The translations under genes were made by a program, and so were the position numbers. From NCBI GenBank assembly GCA_963674595.2, contig CAXXFV010000006.1, positions 256,001-320,000 on the forward strand: a stretch of 64,000 nt of DNA, written 5' to 3'. Shown here in pieces: positions 20,901 through 30,709 of this stretch (position 1 is the first letter of the stretch; the number at the start of each line of letters is the position of its first letter). The stretch is from a bacterium (GTDB taxonomy: Bacteria; Zhuqueibacterota; Zhuqueibacteria; Residuimicrobiales; Krinioviventaceae). The notes below the pieces were generated by a model. The model saw nothing but the letters and a program-made list of their open reading frames with translations. It was not told where the DNA came from and searched no databases.

Positions 20901-21044
20901 CGTACCACTGCTTTGATTGCCTTTAATAAAGATGTAAATGTTTCTTCTGTCAATCTTATGGAAGATGTCATTGAACATGTTTCCGGGAAAAAAATAGAGC
21001 TACATTTTAAACCTTTTGAAATCAAAACATTTAAAATAGCATAA
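17982..21044 (+). CDS. GH38 alpha-mannosidase
   Basis: Motifs GHAHLDTAWLWP, GGMWVEAD, WLPDVFGYS, GELYFELHRGT, QFHDIIPGSSI. Confidence 0.95.
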   Translation: MFEQERSLLEARVQVFIQRLERLVYSSKKLFDAEYCIYAPPVDFENRSQGEFKPITEGDYWGENWQVAWFHLKGNVPKEWQGEKIAAYINLGGEALLFDSNGNPVIAFSCHSIFDEKFYRDRYIVAEKAKGNETFDFWIEATAAELFGLNIDSDPELENPKRFGEHKAKVSDLALAVFREDIWRLLLQVDSLNDIMKKLDLNSVRRARILKALMNAIDIFNSDRDSVAKSQKCLETELAKKSNSSALTAVTVGHAHLDTAWLWPLSETIRKCARTFSTQIRLMEKYPEYIFGASMPQHYAFVKKYYPNLFDEIKEKINQGQWEPQGGMWVEADCNLIGGEAMVRQILHGKNYFRDEFGFDVKNLWLPDVFGYSAALPQILKKSGIEYMVTQKLSWNQFNKMPSHTFVWKGLDDSEIIAHFPPEDTYNSNLKPSGLMYAQGNFKEKDELDEFLTLFGIGNGGGGPTEEMIERGLIQKDLESTPKVKFSSAQSMLDRLEKHRDQLMRWEGELYFELHRGTLTSQAYNKKMNRFMELKLRELEFLYSLVDFSQYPQSDLDEMWKKVLLYQFHDIIPGSSITKVYEDTRVGYKELEQKSAELYNKVCTLLTNENHNCVSLVNSLSFTFKKHIELPKSWCGYEILDEEQNIIPSQIVNGKPVILYDVESLGNIKVFRGQQNETADSKLPKELVMENELVRYEFDENGQICRAFDKTCHREILCQGNGNILSLYEDRPVNWDAWDVDRFYENQLLQNANLISGEWLDDGDVLQRIKFVFEIGTSKIEQFVILDSNSKRLDFVTKVDWVERHKMLRVAFPVNIISDTALFEIQYGSVKRNTHRNTSWDMARFEVAGHRFADLSEHDYGVALLNNCKYGYKVFGNTLDLNLLRATVNPDPEADRGVHEFTYSLLPHCGDFSNSDVIAEAAQLNQGISLIEGEINDNLFMPVQLKGNVILEVLKKSEKENAHIVRIYEPYGNRTTALIAFNKDVNVSSVNLMEDVIEHVSGKKIELHFKPFEIKTFKIA

Positions 21045-21050
21045 TCTCAC

Positions 21051-21092
21051 AAAAGGGTTGTAATTTTACAACCCTTTTGTTTTAAAAAAGAA
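21051..21092 (+). terminator. Intrinsic terminator
   Basis: aaaagggttgtaa/ttacaaccctttt palindrome followed by T-rich sequence. Confidence 0.85.
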
Positions 21093-21160
21093 TTTGGAAT
21101 ATTAAAATACTCGTGTATATTAATACGATTATTAATATGTAAATCTGTACAGGAGTAGCT

Positions 21161-22210
21161 ATGGAAATAAACAAGGAAAAATTCGGATTTATTAACGGTA
21201 ACGATGTTTATCTATATTCCCTGGTTAATAACAATAATGCCAAAGTACAGGTTACAAACTATGGGGGATATATCGTTTCCATTATTGTACCTGATAGAAA
21301 TGGAAATTTTGATGATGTTGTTTTAGGGCATTCTACTTTTAAGGGTTATCTTGGACACAAAGGCTATTTAGGATGTGTGGTCGGTCGCTATGCAAACAGA
21401 ATTGCCAACGGCACATTTAATTTGGAGAATGTCGAATATAAACTCGCTGTTAATAACAATACCAATCATCTTCATGGTGGCATTAAGGGATTTAACAGTA
21501 AAATCTGGAATGCGATTTTAATTGAAAATTCAGATTCCGTGGGCATTGAGCTCTCGTATAAAAGTCCGGATGGGGAGGAAGGTTATCCCGGAACACTGGA
21601 ATGCCTTATGAGATATATATGGACCAATGATAATGAACTTGTCATTGAATATCATGCAACAACAGACAAGCCGACTATTATAAATTTAACCAATCACAGC
21701 TATTTTAATTTGTCGGGCCGGGATGATATTTTGGACCATTATATTAAAATCAATGCTGATTTTTTTACACCTGTTAATCCGTCATTAATTCCCACCGGTG
21801 TTTTGCAGCCGGTGCATGATACCCCTTTGGATTTTCGAAAATCCATCAAAATCGGTGAACGTATCAATCAGGATTATGATCAATTAAACATTGCCAACGG
21901 ATACGATCATAATTGGGTATTAAATAATTATGACGGTTCCTTTCGTAAATGTTGTGAAGCTTTTGACAACGAAACCGGGCGATTGCTTGAATTGTTCACG
22001 ACAGAACCGGGTGTGCAGTTTTATACAGGTAATTTTTTAGACGGTACCATTACCGGTAAAAAGGGAAAAAGTTATCAAAAAAGATCAGGATTTTGTTTTG
22101 AAACCCAACATTATCCGGATTCTCCAAACCAACCCGAATTCCCTACAACAACACTATTACCAGGTCAAAAATATTTTCAAAAAACAAGTTTTAAATTCTC
22201 AATTCGATAA
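21161..22210 (+). CDS. galM: Aldose 1-epimerase
   Basis: Motifs GRYANRI, HLHGG, NLTNHSYFNL, GYDHNW, QFYTGNFL, ETQHYPDSPN. Confidence 0.95.
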   Translation: MEINKEKFGFINGNDVYLYSLVNNNNAKVQVTNYGGYIVSIIVPDRNGNFDDVVLGHSTFKGYLGHKGYLGCVVGRYANRIANGTFNLENVEYKLAVNNNTNHLHGGIKGFNSKIWNAILIENSDSVGIELSYKSPDGEEGYPGTLECLMRYIWTNDNELVIEYHATTDKPTIINLTNHSYFNLSGRDDILDHYIKINADFFTPVNPSLIPTGVLQPVHDTPLDFRKSIKIGERINQDYDQLNIANGYDHNWVLNNYDGSFRKCCEAFDNETGRLLELFTTEPGVQFYTGNFLDGTITGKKGKSYQKRSGFCFETQHYPDSPNQPEFPTTTLLPGQKYFQKTSFKFSIR

Positions 22211-22223
22211 TTTAGGAGTAGAT

Positions 22224-23288
22224 GTGTTAGTACCACAAGAAATGAACGCCGCTGTTTTAACAAAATATAGAAATATTGAATATCTTCAAGTCCCTGTCCC
22301 TTCATTTACAGATGATCAGGTGCTTGTAAAGATAGGATATGCCGGGATATGCGGCAGTGATCAACATATTTTTAATGGTGATTTTCATCCAAGAACCAAA
22401 CCCAACATGATACCGGGCCATGAATTTGCCGGAACAATCGTAGCGACAGGTAAAAATGTCGAAAATTATAATATCGGCGACAGGGTGGCAGTAGACCCGA
22501 TTATTCCCTGCGGCACGTGTGCCGCTTGTGAACTCGGTCATTTCCCTGCTTGTACGTCCTTAAAGTTGCTGGGTGTGGATACAAACGGCGGTTTCGCTGA
22601 ATATGTAACTGCCGATGTGAACATGTTGTATAAACTTGATAATGCCATTTCAGAACGTGATGCAGCCATGGTGGAAATTTTTTCCATCGGCTTTCATGCC
22701 TGCAATCGTGCTCAAATAAAAGAAAACGATACGGCTGTTATTTGGGGCGCCGGACGGGTCGGACAAAGTATCCTCCAGGCCGCCCGTACAAAAACGGATA
22801 ATAAAATTATTATGATTGATGTATTACCGGACCGGTTAAAAATTGCTCAGGATAATTTTGAAAACGTATATACGGTAGATATAAACCGGCAAGACCCCCT
22901 GGAAGTAGTTAAACAAGTAACAAACGGCCGGGGCGTGGATGTTGCTTTTGAAGCTGTCGGACATGGAAAAGAGCTTAAAGATCGGGTCCATCCGGTACGA
23001 GGTTGTGTGCAAAGCATTCGGGGCGCCGGAACGGTCTGTGTTTTGGGCCTGGCTGATGATCCCGTACCTTTGATTATGAAAGAACTTATCTGGCGTGAAG
23101 GTCGAATTGTTGCTTCAAGGGTCAGTCACGGAGAGTTTAAAGAAGCTATCCACCATCTTTCACAAGGACACCTAAAGCCCGACGCACTCATTTCAAATGT
23201 TATTTCACCCGATAAAATTCAGGATGCTTTTATCGCTCTTGAAAATGAACCGGAAAAATTCCTGAAAGTTTTGATAAAGGTAGCATAA
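22224..23288 (+). CDS. Zinc-dependent (MDR) sugar/polyol dehydrogenase
   Basis: Motifs GICGSD, GHE, CGTCAACELGHFPAC, GAGRVG. GTG 22224 follows AGGAG. Confidence 0.9.
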   Translation: MLVPQEMNAAVLTKYRNIEYLQVPVPSFTDDQVLVKIGYAGICGSDQHIFNGDFHPRTKPNMIPGHEFAGTIVATGKNVENYNIGDRVAVDPIIPCGTCAACELGHFPACTSLKLLGVDTNGGFAEYVTADVNMLYKLDNAISERDAAMVEIFSIGFHACNRAQIKENDTAVIWGAGRVGQSILQAARTKTDNKIIMIDVLPDRLKIAQDNFENVYTVDINRQDPLEVVKQVTNGRGVDVAFEAVGHGKELKDRVHPVRGCVQSIRGAGTVCVLGLADDPVPLIMKELIWREGRIVASRVSHGEFKEAIHHLSQGHLKPDALISNVISPDKIQDAFIALENEPEKFLKVLIKVA

Positions 23289-23304
23289 AAATTATGTGAG
23301 AGAT

Positions 23305-24829
23305 ATGGAACATTATCTGAAAATCGAAAACATTACGAAAACATTCCCCGGAGTTAAAGCGCTTGATAAGGTTAATTTGTTTGCTGATTTAGGTCAGGTC
23401 CATGCTATTCTTGGGGAAAATGGCGCCGGAAAATCCACCTTAATGAAAATTCTAAGTGGTGTTTATCAGGCCGATGAGGGTGATATTTTTATTCAGGGCG
23501 ATAAAGTCCATTTTGCAAACACGAAAGACGCCGAATCTGCCGGGATTGCCATTATTTATCAGGAACTGAACCTGGTACCTATTATGACGGTTGCTGAAAA
23601 TATTTTCCTTGGTAAAGAGCCACTTAATAAAATGGGACTGATTGATTACAAGCGAATGTCCGCTCTGGCCGAAAAACAGTTGGAAAAGCTGGGAGTCCCT
23701 ATTCCTGTTGATGTTCCGGTTAATCAGTTGAAAATAGGGGAGCAGCAGCTTGTGGAGATTGCCAAGGCGCTTTCACTGGACGCCAAAGTGGTAATTATGG
23801 ACGAACCTACTTCTGCATTAAGTGATAAAGAGGTGGAGAGTCTTTTCAAGATTATTGAGGTACTAAAAAATTCCAATGTTGCGGTTTTTATATATTTCTC
23901 ACAAATTGGAAGAGATTTTTACCATTGCCGACCAGGTAACGGTTTTACGGGACGGCCAATATATTGACACAAAAAGTATTGGTGAAACAGAAACAGGCCA
24001 GTTAATCAATATGATGGTGGGACGTGATGTTAAAAATTTGTTTCCAAAACACCAATGTCAACCCGGCAATGAATTATTAAAGGTGCAAAATTTATCCATT
24101 ATGCACCCGGAACAAAAAAACAGGCATCTTTTAAATAATATTTCATTCCAGTTAAAAGAAGGTGAAATTCTTGGAATTGCCGGACTGATGGGTTTCCGGA
24201 CGCACCGAATTACTCATGAGTCTTTTTGGTGCACCTCCCGGGCCGGTTGTTTCAGGCCAAATTGCCATTTTCAGGAACAGATGTACAAATTAAAAATCCG
24301 GAACAGGCCATTAATAATGGAATTGCGCTGGTTACCGAGGACCGAAAATCACTGGGGCTTTTTCTGCAATTATCCGTGAAAACAAACGCTTCTATCGCGA
24401 ATCTTGGTAAATTTTCTTCTGCCGGAGTTTTGCATCAAAAAATGGAAACAAAGGTCGTTTCAGATTATATTGAGCAGCTTCAGATTAAAACGCCGGGTAT
24501 AGACGCAGTTGTTGAAAACACTAAGCGGTGGGAATCAGCAAAAGGTCATCCTCGCTAAATGGCTCATGACCCAGCCAAAAATTTTACTTTTAGACGATCC
24601 GACTCGCGGCATTGACGTTGGTGCAAAAGAAGAGCTTTACCTGCTTATGAATAAATTTGCCAAAGAGGGTATGGGGATTATACTCGTATCTTCCGAATTA
24701 CCTGAACTGTTGGCTATGAGTGACCGTATTCTGGTACTTAACCAGGGTAATTTAACGGCCGAATTTTCTGCTCAGCAAGTTACAGAACAAAAAATAATGT
24801 TTGCCGCCACACATCAAAACAGAAATTAA
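23305..24829 (+). pseudogene. Sugar ABC transporter ATPase (RbsA-type), split by four +1 frameshifts (likely sequencing errors)
   Basis: [28 protein letters not shown] and [10 protein letters not shown] are spread over successive frames. Extra bases fall in runs at ~23885, ~24193, ~24268 and ~24515. Confidence 0.88.
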
Positions 24830-24840
24830 AGGAAACGGAA

Positions 24841-25798
24841 TTGCTGCAAAACATGAAAAACATTTCCAATATGTGGGGTAAACTGGCCCCATTTATGAGT
24901 TTGGGATTAATGGTAATAATCCTCACTATCCTCACACCTTATTTTTTAACCGTTGATAACCTCTTTGCTATTGGCTTACAAATGGCTGTCGTTGCCATTA
25001 TGGCAATCGGTCAAATGATGATTATTATATCTGCGGGAATAGATTTGTCTGTCGGTTCCATATTGGCGTTATCCGGTGTGACAACAACAATTTTACTGAA
25101 ATCAGGCATCGGTATTTTCCCGGCTATTCTTGTGGGATTGTTCGTTGGAACATTATGTGGAATTATGACGGGTTATTTAATCGCCAAGGGCCATCTTCCG
25201 CCATTTATCGCTACACTGGGTATGATGGGTGTTGCCCGTGGTGTCGCTCTGCTGATTACCGGCGGTGTTCCTGTTTTTGGTTTGCCGGAATCATTTAATT
25301 TTTTGGGCGGCGGGAGAATGTTCGGCATCATTCCCATACCTATCGTTTTTACAATTATTCTGGCCTTTTTAGGGACATTTTGTTCTGACACGTTTACGCT
25401 TTGGGCGATATATTTTTGCAATCGGCAGCAATCAACAGGCAGCCGAATTGTCAGGCATTAATGTTTCCCGAAATTTAATTAAAATTTATGCTATCAATGG
25501 TCTTTTGTGCGGTTTTGCCGGTATTATTTTGGCGTCACGATTAAGTACCGGTCAGCCGACAGCCGGAACAAGTTATGAACTAGATGTTATTGCCGCCTGT
25601 GTTATCGGCGGCGCCAGTTTTAGCGGTGGGGAAGGTACAATTTTAGGTGCTATTATCGGTGCGCTGATTATGGGTGTGCTGAGAAACGGATGTAATCTGC
25701 TGGATATTTCAGCATTTTGGCAGCAAATAGCCATTGGTTTGATAATTGTAATTGCTGTTTTTGTAGATCAATATAGAAAACATCATAAAAAAAGTTGA
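24841..25798 (+). pseudogene. Sugar ABC permease (RbsC-type) with one +1 frameshift
   Basis: GIDLSVGS and PPFIATLG precede an extra G at 25372-25374. Removing it restores GHFVLTRLRFGRYIFAIGSN...YELDVIAA. Confidence 0.88.
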
Positions 25799-25801
25799 TG
25801 A

Positions 25802-26536
25802 TCAGGATTTTAGAATTTTTCTGATCCGATACACTTCTGTAAATATATTCATAAAATTTTTAAATGGTTCAAGGCGGCTGTCCAAATCTGCCGTCCAATG
25901 GACCGGAAATTCTTTGATCAGGTATTCTTTTTTCACTGCTCGCAAAATAATTTCAATGTCAAACAGAAATCCCTGTGTTTGACAATCACGGTACAGTTCT
26001 CTGGCAATTTCTCCATCGTAAATTTTAAATCCGCATTGAGTGTCTGTAAAATAACGAGGCAGACCCGCCCAAATTACAAGAACAATATTAATCAATTTGC
26101 TCATTATTTTTCGGTGCCAGGGCTGTGGTCTGGTTATAATACTGTCTTTTAATTTACGTGACCCATGTGCAATATGGCATGTTTTGTTTTTAATGAAATC
26201 AAGACCGGTTTCTGCATAGCGGTAGGGAATACATGAACCCGAATCGGCAAACATGACAAACTTGCCCTTTGATTGGATTATTCCGGTTTTAACAGCGGTC
26301 CCTTTACCCATATGATTGTCATAACCGAGGACATGGACCGGAATTTTTGAGGTTTTTGCTTTTTCCAGGGCTTTTTCTTTTGTTCCGTCACTACTGCCGT
26401 CATCAACAATAATTATCTCACTGTCGATTTTGTTTTCCATTAAAAAAGCTTCCGCTTCTTTAATGTCTTGACTAATTTTCTTTATTTCATTGTATACCGG
26501 AATGATGATTGAGAAATCCATATTTTCCTGTTCCAT
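25802..26536 (-). CDS. GT2 glycosyltransferase (polyprenyl/dolichyl-phosphate glycosyltransferase-like)
   Basis: Motifs IIIPVYNE, VDDGSSDGT, GKGTAV, FADS, DTQCGFK, FDIEI. Confidence 0.9.
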   Translation of the reverse strand: MEQENMDFSIIIPVYNEIKKISQDIKEAEAFLMENKIDSEIIIVDDGSSDGTKEKALEKAKTSKIPVHVLGYDNHMGKGTAVKTGIIQSKGKFVMFADSGSCIPYRYAETGLDFIKNKTCHIAHGSRKLKDSIITRPQPWHRKIMSKLINIVLVIWAGLPRYFTDTQCGFKIYDGEIARELYRDCQTQGFLFDIEIILRAVKKEYLIKEFPVHWTADLDSRLEPFKNFMNIFTEVYRIRKILKS

Positions 26537-26707
26537 AATAAAAATTTACACTACTAGATACTAAATTTATTATAATTTTACAAGGTCTTAAAATTTTTTT
26601 TTAATTTTATTTAAAATCTTTGATTTTAATATTTATTTTTATATAATGATAACGATTGCCTAAAACAGTTAATCAAACCTAAATTTAATAATATAAAGAA
26701 TTATTAA

Positions 26708-28015
26708 ATGAACCCATCCGTTACAAGAAGATCTTTCCTTAACAAATCTATAAAATGCGCACAGGCATCTCTGGCCGCCCCATTTATTATTCCCCATTCT
26801 GCATTCAGTTCTCAAAATAATATTCTACCAAGTGAAAAAATTACATTAGGCTTTATTGGCGTCGGCTCACATGGAACAGGTGTTAATCTGCGAAATTTTC
26901 TCGGACAACCCGATGCCAAAGTGCTAGCTGTTTGTGATGTTGATGAAGAACGGATGGGCCGTGCAAAAAATATTGTAGATGAAAAGTATGACAATAAAGA
27001 TTGTTCTGTATATTCTGACTTTCGTGATCTGCTCGCTCTAAAGGACATTGATGCCGTCGTTATCTCCACTCCAGACCATTGGCACGTTCCACTATCTGTT
27101 TATGCGGCGAGAGCCGGAAAAGACATTTGCTGTGAAAAGCCTACGCTGACTATACAAGAAGGGCAACAACTCTGTGATGTTATAAAAAAATATCAGCGAA
27201 TTTTCCAGACATCTACGGAAGACCGCTCTGTTTTTGTATATCATCGTATGGCCGAACTTGTTCGTAACGGTCGTATCGGTAAATTAAAATCAATTCATGT
27301 TGATTTGTGGCAGGGTCACGGCATTCTTGGTGATTATGGTAAAAACGACCGGCCGCAGCCGGTTCCAAAAGGGTTTAATTATGATCTGTGGCTGGGACCA
27401 GCGCCGGAAGCTCCCTATACGCCGGGCCGGTGTCATTATAATTTTCGCTGGATTATGGAATATTCCGGCGGCATGCTGACAGACTGGGGCGCCCATTTAC
27501 TGGATACGGCACAATGGGGAAATGATACCGAATTGACAGGTCCGATTTCCATTGATGGGAAAGGCGTTTTCCCAAAAGATGGATTATATGATACGGCCAC
27601 TGATTATAATATTGAATATATTTATAAAAATGGCATAAAGTTGATTGTTAAATCCGGTGGATGCGGCATTCGTTTTATCGGATCCGACGGATGGGTTGGT
27701 AATACAGGATGGAGAGGTCCTCTTGAAGCATCTTCTCAACAGATATTACATTCCTACATAGGTCCGGAAGAAACCCATCTCTATACCTGCAAAGGTGGTG
27801 AACACCGAAATTTTTTAGACTGTGTCAAATCCCGGAAACAACCGTATTTCCCTGTGGAAATTGGTCACCGTTGCTGTTCTTTATTGCATTTGGGAAATAT
27901 TTCCATGATTTTGAACAAAAAACTTGAATGGGATCCGGATAGACAACTTTTTCCCAATGATCCGGAAGCGAATCGATATTTGTCTAGACCGAGACGCAGT
28001 CCCTGGCATTTGTAA
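26708..28015 (+). CDS. Tat-exported Gfo/Idh/MocA oxidoreductase 1
   Basis: TRRSFL signal; motifs GFIGVG, TPDHWH, CEKP, WLGPAP, DWGAH. Confidence 0.92.
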   Translation: MNPSVTRRSFLNKSIKCAQASLAAPFIIPHSAFSSQNNILPSEKITLGFIGVGSHGTGVNLRNFLGQPDAKVLAVCDVDEERMGRAKNIVDEKYDNKDCSVYSDFRDLLALKDIDAVVISTPDHWHVPLSVYAARAGKDICCEKPTLTIQEGQQLCDVIKKYQRIFQTSTEDRSVFVYHRMAELVRNGRIGKLKSIHVDLWQGHGILGDYGKNDRPQPVPKGFNYDLWLGPAPEAPYTPGRCHYNFRWIMEYSGGMLTDWGAHLLDTAQWGNDTELTGPISIDGKGVFPKDGLYDTATDYNIEYIYKNGIKLIVKSGGCGIRFIGSDGWVGNTGWRGPLEASSQQILHSYIGPEETHLYTCKGGEHRNFLDCVKSRKQPYFPVEIGHRCCSLLHLGNISMILNKKLEWDPDRQLFPNDPEANRYLSRPRRSPWHL

Positions 28016-28064
28016 ATATTTGCTTGTTGATAAATGGTCTGGAAAATAAAAATATGAGGGAGCA

Positions 28065-29357
28065 ATGAAAGATCGTCGTCAATTTTTAAAAACGAGCGCC
28101 CTGTTGGCAGGAGCCTCCTTATTTCCCACAATAGTTCCTGGTTCTGTATTTGGGAAAACCAGCCGAACTTTACCAAGTGACCGAATTACCATGGGATTTA
28201 TCGGTGTCGGAGGAATGGGAACCGGAAATCTCAGAGGATTTTTGGAAAAAGAAAATTCCCAGGTGCTTGCCGTATGTGATGTTGATGCTGAACATCGCCA
28301 AAACGCCATTGATATTATTAATGAAAAATACAATAATAAAGATTGTGCCGGATATAATGATTTTCGTGAACTGCTCGCACGTAAAGATATTGATGCCGTT
28401 TGTATTGCAGTACCGGACCATTGGCATGCCGTGGCTGCTATACATGCCATACGGGCAGGAAAAGACATTTATGCAGAAAAGCCGCTGGCCTATACAATAT
28501 CAGAGGGTCGTGCCATTGTTGATGCTGTTGAAAAATATCAAACAGTTTGGCAAACAGGCAGTCAGCAGCGCTCGGAACAGAATTTCAGATTTGCTTGTGA
28601 ACTGGTTAGAAACGGAAGAATCGGCCAGGTTAAAACGGTTCGTGTAGGCTTGCCCTATGGTAACAGTATTCATACAGGAAGTACACGGCCGACATTACCA
28701 CCAAAGGGTTTTGATTATAATATGTGGCTTGGCCCTGCACCCTATGAACCTTATTGTCCGGCACGATGTCACTGGAATTTTCGCTGGCATAGCGATTATG
28801 GCGGCGGACAGTTGACGGATTGGGCGGGCCATCATATAGATATTGCGCAGTGGGGCATGAATACAGAGTTATCTTCACCGGTTGAAATCGAAGGTAAAGC
28901 TGTTTTCCCGGCTGCCAAAGACGGCTTGTTTGATACGGCTGAATCATACCGTTTTGAATGCAAATATCGTGAAGGTTTTACAATGATTGTTGCAGACAGA
29001 CAGCAGCAAAAAATGGGAACCTTGTTTGAAGGCAGTAAAGGATGGGTTTATGTACGTCGCGGTTATATCGATGCTTCTCCCAAATCTTTACTTTTTTCAA
29101 AAATACTGCCTAATGAAGTTCATTTATATAAAAGTAATGATCATCGACAGAATTTTTTGGACTGTGTTAAATCCCGTAATGAAACAGTAGCCCCTGCCAA
29201 AGTTGCACATCGGTCTATTATGGTTGCTCATTTGGGGCTTATTGCCATGAAATTAAAGCGCAAAGTTTATTGGAATCCTGAAACCGAAAAGTTTATTGAC
29301 GATCCCGTTGCTGACAGATTACTATCAAGACCCATGCGGAGTCCCTGGCATATATAA
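28065..29357 (+). CDS. Tat-exported Gfo/Idh/MocA oxidoreductase 2
   Basis: DRRQFL signal; motifs GVGGMG, PDHWH, EKP, QTGSQQRS, DWAGHH. Confidence 0.92.
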   Translation: MKDRRQFLKTSALLAGASLFPTIVPGSVFGKTSRTLPSDRITMGFIGVGGMGTGNLRGFLEKENSQVLAVCDVDAEHRQNAIDIINEKYNNKDCAGYNDFRELLARKDIDAVCIAVPDHWHAVAAIHAIRAGKDIYAEKPLAYTISEGRAIVDAVEKYQTVWQTGSQQRSEQNFRFACELVRNGRIGQVKTVRVGLPYGNSIHTGSTRPTLPPKGFDYNMWLGPAPYEPYCPARCHWNFRWHSDYGGGQLTDWAGHHIDIAQWGMNTELSSPVEIEGKAVFPAAKDGLFDTAESYRFECKYREGFTMIVADRQQQKMGTLFEGSKGWVYVRRGYIDASPKSLLFSKILPNEVHLYKSNDHRQNFLDCVKSRNETVAPAKVAHRSIMVAHLGLIAMKLKRKVYWNPETEKFIDDPVADRLLSRPMRSPWHI

Positions 29358-29377
29358 CGAGATACTGAGGAGGTTCA

Positions 29378-30688
29378 TTGAAAACAAAAAATATTAACAG
29401 AAGATCGTTTATTTCTAAAAGCCTGACAACTCTTGGTGCGTTTGCAGCGCCTACCATCATTCCTTCTTCTGTTTTAGGCAAAAATGGAACCATAGCGCCA
29501 TCCAATCGTGTTACGCTTGGATTTATTGGTATCGGCTGGATGGGCGGCTGGAATTTGGAAAATCTTTTAAAAGAAAAAGACGCCCATGTTGTGGCTGTAT
29601 CAGATGTTGATAAAAATTATTTAAATGATGCCCGTAACATGGTTAATTCTACATACGGCAATCATGATTGTTCTGTTTATAACGATTACCAGGAGATGAT
29701 TGCCCGGAAAGATATTGATGGTGTTTGTATCAGTTTACCGGACCATTGGCATGCTATTGCTGCTATCGATACATTAAAATCCGGTAAAGATGTTTGGGGT
29801 GAAAAACCTTTTTCACACAGCCTTTTAGAGGGAAGGGCCATGTGCAATGCCGTAAAAAAATATAACCGAATATGGCAAACCGGTAGCTGGCAAAGATCGG
29901 AAGCTCATTTTCGTTTTGCCTGTGAACTGGTTCGGAATGGCAGAATCGGTAAGGTACATACTGTTCAGGTTGGTTTACCCTATGGACATGATGATTATAC
30001 CCATATGCTGCATCGTTCTCAGCCTGAATTTCCTCCCGATTATCTTGATTATGACAGATGGCTTGGTCCGGCACCTTATAAGCCTTATTGCCCACCGAAA
30101 CTTCATAAAAACTGGAGGTGGTTTTATGATTATGGCGGCGGTATGTTGATGGATTGGATTGGTCATCATGGTGACATTGGTTTATGGGGTATGGATATGG
30201 AATATACGGGTCCCATAACTATTGAAGGACATGGTGAATTTCCCAAAACCGGATTGTTTGAAACCGCCACAAAATATTGGGTAGAAGAAATTTTTGAAAA
30301 CGGTTTAAAAATGGAAATTGCCGGCGGTTATCCTGAAATAAAAAGCGGTACAAAATTCATCGGAACGGATGGTTGGGTTTGGGTGGACCGCAGCGGTATG
30401 GAAACATATCCCGCTCATCTGGCTAAGGAAAAAATCGGCCCCGAAGAAATACATCTATATAAATCGCCCGGACACTGGAGAAATTTTGTAGATTGTATAA
30501 AGTCCAGAAAAACCAGTATAACCCCTTCCGAAGCAGCGCATCGGTCAGCCAGTCTTGGACATTTGGGTTTAATTTCTATGTTAACAGGTAGAAAAATTAA
30601 TTTTGATCCGGTCAGTGAAAAAATTATAAATGATGAAACTGCATCATCATTATTAGGCGCAACATGCCGTTCACCTTGGAACTATTAA
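29378..30688 (+). CDS. Tat-exported Gfo/Idh/MocA oxidoreductase 3
   Basis: NRRSFI signal; motifs PDHWH, EKP, QTGSWQRS, DWIGHH. TTG start follows GAGGAGG. Confidence 0.92.
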   Translation: MKTKNINRRSFISKSLTTLGAFAAPTIIPSSVLGKNGTIAPSNRVTLGFIGIGWMGGWNLENLLKEKDAHVVAVSDVDKNYLNDARNMVNSTYGNHDCSVYNDYQEMIARKDIDGVCISLPDHWHAIAAIDTLKSGKDVWGEKPFSHSLLEGRAMCNAVKKYNRIWQTGSWQRSEAHFRFACELVRNGRIGKVHTVQVGLPYGHDDYTHMLHRSQPEFPPDYLDYDRWLGPAPYKPYCPPKLHKNWRWFYDYGGGMLMDWIGHHGDIGLWGMDMEYTGPITIEGHGEFPKTGLFETATKYWVEEIFENGLKMEIAGGYPEIKSGTKFIGTDGWVWVDRSGMETYPAHLAKEKIGPEEIHLYKSPGHWRNFVDCIKSRKTSITPSEAAHRSASLGHLGLISMLTGRKINFDPVSEKIINDETASSLLGATCRSPWNY

Positions 30689-30709
30689 TTGGTAATTGAG
30701 GGTATCAAA

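Noticed and set aside
22212-22226. GGAGTAGATGTG shared by the Zn-dehydrogenase and galK starts as an operator
   Set aside because: It is explained by RBS plus spacer plus GTG start, and there are only two copies.
23296-25798. Six separate ABC ORFs, or programmed frameshifting
   Set aside because: The fragments join into two standard genes. Indels in 3-5 nt runs with no slippery-site structure point to sequencing error.
26708-30688. DNA similarity among oxidoreductase genes as a repeat element
   Set aside because: The similarity is confined to conserved protein motifs of paralogs.
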